From Neoconidiobolus thromboides FSU 785 (taxonomy: Eukaryota > Fungi > Entomophthoromycota): a DNA stretch of 46,221 nt. Of the stretch, positions 38,401-46,221 are shown piece after piece; the stretch's first letter is position 1, and each line of letters begins with the position of its first letter. A model generated the notes under the pieces. That model saw only the letters and a program-made list of their open reading frames with translations. It searched no databases and was not told the origin of the DNA. The DNA lies in assembly GCA_025603075.1 (NCBI GenBank), contig MU626417.1, positions 1 to 46,221 on the forward strand, given 5' to 3'. Both the position numbers and the translations under genes were made by a program.

Positions 38401-39766
38401 ATTTCTATTGAATTAGAATCAAATAAATTTGTTTGATTATCATAAAATTCCATTGATATTTCAAGTAATAAATCAATAACTTCTTCATATAAAATGGGTA
38501 AATCAATTTCATCAAGTATTATTGAGGCCATTTCAAATTCTAAAACATTATAAATATTATAAATACAAAAACAATAACAAATTTACCTTCTAATTCTAAA
38601 ATTTGTTGTAAAAAGAATATGAATAATTGTTTAATATTAATAGGACCAAAATAATGTTGATTAAATAATAATATTAGACCATCCCAAATTTTAATAATTG
38701 ATTGTTTTTCGTTGTTAATAATTAAAATTAATTGATTGATCAATTGAATACAATATAATTGATGTTGTTGAAAATTACTTAATAAAATTCGACTTAATCT
38801 TTCTTTTAAACTTGGAAAAGAATAACCTAAACTTTCAATGATTTCCCATCCTTCTATATTTTGTATTAAGAAACTAAAATAAGGATAAAATCCCTCTACT
38901 TTATTAACATTAATAATACTATCTGAAGTCAAATCTTCAACTTTTAAATTAATGCAAGTTTCATTAGACAAATTAGATAAATCTAAACTAGTATATAAAG
39001 TAACAAGATTAATAATAGATTGAATATGTTGATTAGTAATTGGTTTTTTAATTGACAATAAACTAAGTAAACAAGCTTTAATAAATTTTAATTCAATAAC
39101 TTTACCCCAAACTTCATTATATTTCAAAGTATTATCTATATTGGATGGTGGTAAATCTAACATTAAATGATAATTTTCTTTTGAATTATCTAACTCTTCA
39201 TATTCCATGATAAAAATATCTAATAACAATTCAGGAGAAGAACCTAAAGCAACTAAACGATAAACTAATTTTGCGATTTGATATCTTGATAAGATTAAAA
39301 ACTTTTTTAAATTAAAATTAATAGCTTCTTTTTCAGAAACTTGTTCCATTTGATTTAATTCTAATTGTAATACTTTAATTTGAATTAACCATTCTACTTT
39401 TTTGATAATACTACTTAATTTTTTTAAATTTAACTTATGCTGACCTAAATTTAATAATGAATAACATAACATTAAATCCCCTACTCTTTCATCGATTTTT
39501 ATAGCTCTTTGGACATGCCATCCCTTTAACTTCTCCTCCGAGGAATAAGGAACTAAATTTTGTAACCAAAAGATATACACTTCAGGATCTAAAGCTTCAG
39601 GTAAATGGATTAAAAACAACAAGTCGTCTGAATTTTCATACTTGTGATAATGAGTTTCGTATTGAGAACGGATATGAGAAATAATTTCATCTGAATACTT
39701 TTTTTGTTCTAGTTGAAAGAGTAAACGTTGAATATTACTTTGGTTATCAAATTTCATTTTTTTCAT
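34589..39766 (-). CDS. SEC39: Sec39/NBAS-family ER tether subunit (~1669 aa). Exons 39766 (start uncertain)-38587, 38539-37515, 37453-36800, 36739-34589
   Basis: Four exons join in frame. LPEALDPEVY and WHVQRAIKIDERVGDLMLCYSLLNLG resemble Sec39/NBAS segments; long helical-solenoid-like composition. Confidence 0.72.
35426..35464 (-). repeat. Coding (AAT)n microsatellite encoding poly-Asn x13
   Basis: TTA run on the + strand; QFN13QY in the ORF. Confidence 0.95.
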
Positions 39767-39895
39767 AAGTGAAAATTTAAAGAATGAAAATAACGAAATT
39801 GAAGTCACTCTTAGTTTAAAGTGACCTAATGAGTTGAATTTATTGCTAACATAAAATTCAAAATATTGTTTTTTGGTTTCTTTAAAAATTCAAAA

Positions 39896-42205
39896 ATGGG
39901 TATTCTATAAAATAACTGAAATTAATATAAAGTTCATAATATTTTAGATTTACCACCGTTAAATTACATGCTACCCGAATGGAGTGGTAAACCGAGTATT
40001 AAGTTATATTTAGAAGTAATTAAAGGAGGGGTACAATTGGAAAATTTTTTGCTAAAAAACAAAGAGATTATTGTAGTTGGTAACAACAAATTCATTTAAT
40101 GGTTTTAAAGTAGTAATAATCAAAATAAATTAAAAGGTCGATTACCAAACTGTGATTTACAATTAGAACATCAAGTAAGTTTTTTTAAATTTCATATGAA
40201 GAAATAAAATTAGAACTCAAATCAAAAGTCCATTTCAAGATATCATGCTTTATTTCAGTTTAATGAGAAAGGTAGTTTATATAATATTAATATTAAAATA
40301 AATAAAAATAACAAATAATTAGGGGAATGTTATATTTATGATTTAGGAAGTACACATGGCACTTTTGTCAATAAAGTAAAAATTGAGCAAAAAAAATATG
40401 CATTATTAAAAGAAGAAGATCAAATAAAGTTTGGAGAATCAACTAGGATATTTATTTTTAAAACAGAGATTAATACCAAAGTAAGGGCTTATCAAGATCA
40501 ACAAAAAGAAACAGAAGTTACTTGGTAATTACTATTCTATTTGACCTTTTTTTTTAAATTTTAACCTTTATAATCTTTTGGTTTTAGGGGTTTTGCTGAA
40601 GATGCTGTAGAAGAAGAAGATATCAATGATCTTATTAATGATGATACAAATGAACAGGATGCTTATTATTATAAAGATCCAAAGAAAGCGTTGAAAAATT
40701 ATTTAGAAGTAAGTTTTGTCTACAAACTAATTTTAGTTATTCATTAGTATAACGTATAAAAGAATCAAGGTGTTGCTGTTGAATATGAAATATCGGAAGA
40801 AGGTGAAAAAAATGAAAAGGAATATACAGCAAAGTAAAAAAATTATTAAATTTTAGTTTATTTTGACTTATTATTTTGTTAGAGTTTTACTTCCCATACC
40901 AGAATTAGAAAGTTTAAATAGTGACATTATGTATGGTATTGGCCATTCTAATAAAAAGAGGTAATATTTAAAAAATTTAAACATAAATAAGTAAGAAAAG
41001 TTAATAGGTTTTATCAATTTTAGAGAAGCGGAAAGATTGGCTGCATTAAATGCATGTGAAAAGCTAGATAAAATGAAACTATTGAGATCTAATGGATTGA
41101 GTATTTCAGGTAATTAATACTGTAATGTATACTAATATATACTAGATAATATTTAAATAGATTTAAAAAAACAACGTCTTAAAAGATTGTTAAAAGAAAA
41201 TGAAGCAGAAGAATTTGATGATTTTTATGATAGAACAGGATATGGTGATTTATTTTAATAGTATATCTAATAGTAATTAATAAGTAATAATTAATAAATC
41301 CTAGTCGAAAAAAGTAAATTACGTAAAAATCAACGTAAAGAAAAAGAAGATAAAATAGAGACATTTGACAGTTTAAATTTCAAAAGAAAGCAATTAATCG
41401 AAAATATTAATAATTTAAAAATGAATATTATCATCATTCAGAATAAAATTGATGAAGATATGGAAATAGTAAATGGTAATTTAATAATATTATATTATTA
41501 TATATTTATATTAATAACAATACTATTATTTATATAGAATGTAAACAGAATGATAATGAATTGGATGGCTATATGACACAAATGAAAATTAGTGAAAATA
41601 GAAAATTAAAAAAAGAAAATGATAAGAAATTAAATTTATTAACTATTGTAAGTTAATTATATTATTATATTATTAGTAATATTATTAACAATTCTTTAGG
41701 AATTAAAAAAAGTACTGAAATTAATTGAAATTGTTGCACCTGATTCCAAATTTGATGAAGAAGTAGATGATGATGACACTTTAAAACAAAAAATAAGACA
41801 AAATAACTCAAATATTATTGATAAAGAAAAAGAAGTAAAGATAAAGGAAAACAAAGAAGCAGATAAGAATAAAATTGAGGAAAAGGAAGTGAGAAGTGAG
41901 GAAATAAAGGAGATAAGTAGTGAAGGAAAAGTAATAAATAATGAAAAGGAAGCACCAAATAATGATGATAATAACAATGAGGGTATTAAAAAAATAGAAT
42001 CAAAAGTTGAAACTAATAATGAAAAAGATGATGATGATGATGATGATGAAGGATATAATTTTAATATTCAAGATGATAATAATAATTGGGTTCCACCTCA
42101 AGGACAAAGTGGTAATAATATAATTATATAATTATAAAAGGATATTAATAGTTTATAACTTTAGGAGATGGAAGATCCCATTTAAACGATAAATATGGGT
42201 ATTAA
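39896..42205 (+). CDS. SLC4A1AP: Kanadaptin (SLC4A1AP)-like FHA + dsRBD-like protein; 4-nt first exon, many introns
   Basis: FHA motifs GR..CD...EHQSISRYHA, YDLGSTHGTFVN, KFGESTR; YYYKDPKKAL...KKREAERLAALNAC; C-terminus WVPPQGQSGDGRSHLNDKYGY. Confidence 0.9.
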
Positions 42206-42389
42206 ATATTAAATTAGAAAACAAAAATAAAATATTTTTATATAAAATAAAATTTATTAAATTTTAATATTAAATTAATTTATAAATCAAATTCCAGCCT
42301 AATAAAAATTTTTATTCAAAATTTTATTTAGGAAATTTAATTCATTTTTACAAAATTAATATCTATTTCATCGTTGTTTTAGAGAAAAA

Positions 42390-43729
42390 TTAAGGATTAG
42401 GAGGACAACATTGTATAGGAGCACATTGAGCTTGACAAGGTAAAAGACAAGTAGAATCGCGAATAGTAGGACCAGAAGAAACAGTCAATTTAGGAGAGGA
42501 AGAAGTTGAACTATTACTAGAATCGTTTTCAAATTCAGGTTGAATTGTAACAGAATGAACACCATAACTATGTAAGATACGTTTGATTTCAGTAGCAATA
42601 GATTGGAATCGCTTATGATGAGGGGAATCAATAACTACATGAATACTAGCAATAGATTTAGAATCACTTAATTGCCAAACATGAAGATCATGAATACTAA
42701 CAACACCTTCAATATCAGCTACTTGAAGACGTACATTTTCAATTGGTACAGTAGATGGTACCCCTTGAAGCAAAATAATCGAAGCACTTTTAATTAAAGG
42801 TAATGTAAATTTAACAATTAATAAAGTAATAATAATTGAAATCAAAGGATCAAACAGGTATCTTTCTGGGAATTCACATTTCCAAATAATTAAAGCAGAG
42901 ATAATAACAGCTATACTTGCTAAAGCATCTCCTAAAACATGTAAATAAACTCCCTGCATATTAAGCTGGCCTTCCTTTTCATTGGAATGGTCATGGGTGT
43001 GATCATGATTATGATTCTTTTGAGATTGATAATCATTAGATTGATTTCTTTGTAATAAATAACTACTTTCATTAATTTCTAATTGATGAGCATGAGATAC
43101 TTGTTTTGCAGTATCAATGATAGATTGTTGAAAAGTAGCTGGACTTAAAATATTTGTCTGATGATTTAAAGTATAATCAGTACCATCCTCAATTGAATGG
43201 GAATGTTCATGAGCATGACTTTCATTATGATTATGACTATGAGAACATTCACCATGGCTATGATGATGACCAAATAAAAACATACCTGATATGTTAAATA
43301 CTAAACCAATACTACCAACTACTAAAATTAATTCTGGGTTTTCAATTTCAACAGGTTTGAAAAAACGAGGAATTGCTTCAGCAACAATAGTAAGACATAA
43401 ACCTAATAACAATACAGCATTAATTAAAGCACCTAATACTTCCGCTCTTTGTAATCCATAAGTATAATTTGGATCATATTTGGTATTTTCAGATAACTGA
43501 AATAAAAATAATCAGTAAGTTTGTTCTTAATAATATAATAAAATAATAATAAACTTACTTTAACAGCATAAACAGCAATAACTAAGGATACCACATCATT
43601 TAACATATGAAAAGCGTCAGCCACTAAAGCAATTGAACCCACCCAATAACCAACGATTAATTCAGTGAAGAATAAAATGACGCTTAATGTCAATTGTATA
43701 TATAATTTTGTCGTTTTTGATAACCCCAT
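42390..43729 (-). CDS. ZRC1: CDF-family zinc transporter (Zrc1/Cot1/ZnT1 type). Exons 43729-43559, 43496-42390
   Basis: ALVADAFHMLND, YTYGLQRAEVLGALIN, His-rich loops, NMQGVYLHVLGDALAS, IHDLHVWQL, HSVTIQPE. Confidence 0.95.
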
Positions 43730-45055
43730 TTTTACAAAGTTAATAATAATAATAATAATTAAAGCTAATTTTTTAAAAAAACTTATTGATTTATCAAGTT
43801 TGTTTTTATACTATTTTATTTCAATTAAGCAATTAATTATATAATCCTATTTTCATTGGTGGAATTTAATCACTGTTTGATCATTGGCTCTATTTTTAGC
43901 CTATGTACCTGTAAATCAAGGGTTTTTGTCATATCTTTGAATTAATATCAGATAAAAAAATTATGTAAAAAAAGAGGATTATTCAAATAAATTTTTTTAA
44001 TAATTTGGCTAAATCAACTATATCAAGTAAATAGAGGTAACTTAATGGCTATCATGCTAAATTAATGAAAAATATCATAAGTTATTTCTTCTATTTTTAG
44101 TATAAAGCCTCAATAGTTGTATTCATTGTGAGTTATTAATATCAAATTGTTTATTCTCCTATTATCAACTTTATTAATCGTTACTTATTCAACTTTTAAA
44201 CATCTATATCTCTATCATTTATTATAAGGCTTATAATATTATATGTTTTTGACGTTTTGTTTTTATTAATATATTACCAATATCTTATATATTGAAACAA
44301 CTTACAAATGCTTTCAAAGAATGAAACTATTAAATCAATTGAAATTTTGAAATTTTGAAATCGAAGTTTCTAAAAGCTAAAAATTAAGGATGTTATTTTT
44401 AGAGTTTTTAGCACAAGTTTTTATTTCCTTTTTTAAATTCATGCTTAACTCAACTTAGTCATTACTTCATTTAACCTCTTATTTTAAAACTATTCTTAAT
44501 AATATTGAACTTGCTTTTTGTAATACAATTTTCTTAATAATTTATTAGTTTATTAATATAAGAAAGAATAAAAATTAATAATAAATTTAGTATGAAATTA
44601 ATTTAAATATCAATATTGATGTTTTTTAATAACAAATTAATTACTATTAATTTTAATGTTTATAAATCATTTTTATTACATACTTATCTTATAGTTTATT
44701 GTTTATTAGGTTTATTATTTTAAACATGATCTGATAAGATTAAACAATCAATTTCTAATCATGAATTTAAATTTTCTTGTTTATTTAAGACAACTAATTT
44801 ATAAAGAATATTTATTATTAAAATTATTTTTTACTATTTAATTATGTTTTTTGAATCATATATTGTATATCGTTATATATATTTATATTATTATAATTTG
44901 TTAAGCTAATCGAATAATTACTTTTTTAATATTCATTTACATTTATATATTTTATTTTATCTTTATTATTAGTATTTCAAAATTTTAAAAATGAAGATAA
45001 TTTAACAAGATTTTGCTCTAAATTAAATAGTCTTTAAAACTTTATAACTTTTAGC

Positions 45056-45157
45056 ATTTGGAAGTGTTTTTTAGTTTCATCATTTTTTCCATTTTTTAAG
45101 CTCCTGTTTAAACGGAAAAATTGTCAGCAAAATTAGATACAAAAACAACTGCTATTT
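45056..45157 (-). mobile_element. MITE family copy (diverged), ATTT target duplication
   Basis: ATTT-GGAAGTG...CAACTGCT-ATTT. Confidence 0.78.
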
Positions 45158-45205
45158 AGCTTTTATTAAAAAGGAATAATTTAAATAAAAATAAATGTTT
45201 TAGTA

Positions 45206-45309
45206 ATATGGGGATGTGCTTTTTTGTTTAAGAATTTTACTAGTTTTTCCACTCAAATAGCGCTTAAAAGATGGGAAAAGTAATGAAGCCAAAAAAAACA
45301 TCCCCATAT
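45206..45309 (+). mobile_element. MITE family copy with the best-preserved termini (element 45210-45305)
   Basis: ATAT-GGGGATGT...ACATCCCC-ATAT. Confidence 0.93.
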
Positions 45310-45394
45310 TGTTAAGTATATTTTAACTTTAATATATTTTAAACTTTTTGAAATTATACAAAAAAACATTGCAATTTATAAAGCTATTAAAGTA

Positions 45395-45481
45395 CTTTCA
45401 TCCCTTTTTCTATCTTTTAAGCGCTATTTGAGCGGAAAAATTGTTAGTACAATTCTTAAATACAAAAATACATCCCCGATA
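45395..45481 (-). mobile_element. MITE family copy lacking one terminus
   Basis: TAAGCGCTATTTGAGCGGAAAAATTGTTAGTA...ATACATCCCC. Confidence 0.85.
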
Positions 45482-45763
45482 AGAAAAATAAAAAATTAAC
45501 CCCTGGACTTATTTTATAAAATAACAGAAAAGTTAAAGTTTTGATATTTGTTAAACAAATGAGTGTCTTATTAAATAATGAAAATAAATTATTAATAGCT
45601 AAGTCAATAAATAGTCAAAGAGTAAATGATATGATAATAAGTAAAAGCTAGTACTACATTGCTTGTATTATATAAAAATAACTGGTTATAGTTTTAAAGC
45701 TAATCACTCCCTTTTATCCAGCTATTTATTTAATAGGAGATTTTTGATAGAGTTTTATAAAAA

Positions 45764-45869
45764 ATATGGGGATGTTTTTTCGTATTTAAGGATTTTACTA
45801 ATAGTTTTTCCACTCGAATAGTGTTCGAAAAATATAAAGATAATGAAATAAAAAAAAACATCGCCATAT
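45764..45869 (+). mobile_element. MITE family copy
   Basis: ATAT-GGGGATGT...ACATCGCC-ATAT. Confidence 0.87.
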
Positions 45870-46118
45870 GCTTATTTATGTATTGCAACTTTGATTGATT
45901 TAATACATTAGGTTATATGAGTGAAATCTTTGTTAACATAGTGATTTTTATTAAATTTAATAAAGGTTCTCCTAACTTACAATATGTATTATAATAAAAT
46001 AATTTAAAGCATAAAATGTTTAAAAATCATACAAAAAAATAAAGCTATTTTTTTCGTTTCTTTATTTTAAAAAATAATTATTTGTTAAACGATCTTATAT
46101 TTGTTTTCTTAAATTACA

Positions 46119-46221
46119 ATTTGGGGACGTATTTTTGTGTTTAAGAATTTTACTAACAATTTTTCAATCAAATAGCGCCTAAAAGATGGAAAAAATAACG
46201 AAGCCAAAAAAAACACCCCCA
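46119..46221 (+). mobile_element. MITE family copy running to the window edge
   Basis: ATTT-GGGGACGT...ACACCCCC-A. Confidence 0.9.

Noticed and set aside
2069-39766. Gvp36, Yos1 and Sec39 as a secretory-pathway cluster
   Set aside because: Interspersed with unrelated genes; expected by chance without synteny data
27391-42131. ORFs 27391, 29567, 38008, 41179 and 41696
   Set aside because: Antisense shadows of Med12, Rad16, Sec39 and kanadaptin
42950-43270. His-rich stretches in the zinc transporter
   Set aside because: Normal feature of CDF cytosolic loops
400-46221. The ~100-bp repeat interpreted as a CRISPR array, SINE or solo LTR
   Set aside because: Dispersed in both orientations with TIRs and TSDs; no regular spacers, no Pol III A/B boxes or poly(A) tail, no TG...CA ends

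Overview
AT-rich, gene-dense eukaryotic window with many short (about 45-60 nt) GT-AG introns. It looks like an early-diverging fungus; a Conidiobolus-like zoopagomycete is a guess only. Splicing by hand gives 11 protein genes: a giant (~2357 aa) Gvp36-family BAR protein with a ~2000-aa acidic repeat tail, an intact but catalytically atypical protein kinase, casein kinase I, Skp1, an Ap4A phosphorylase, Med12, Rad16, Yos1, Sec39/NBAS, kanadaptin and a CDF zinc transporter. There is also one tRNA-Ile(AAT). The intergenic DNA carries 20 clear copies (plus 1 degenerate) of one ~96-bp MITE with GGGGATG...CATCCCC ends, 4-bp target-site duplications (Sola-like by inference) and a CpG-deamination signature. 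A decayed tandem duplicate of the Sec39 3' end lies between Yos1 and Sec39. No CRISPR, rRNA or transposase was seen. All alignments and counts were done by eye; no searches were run.
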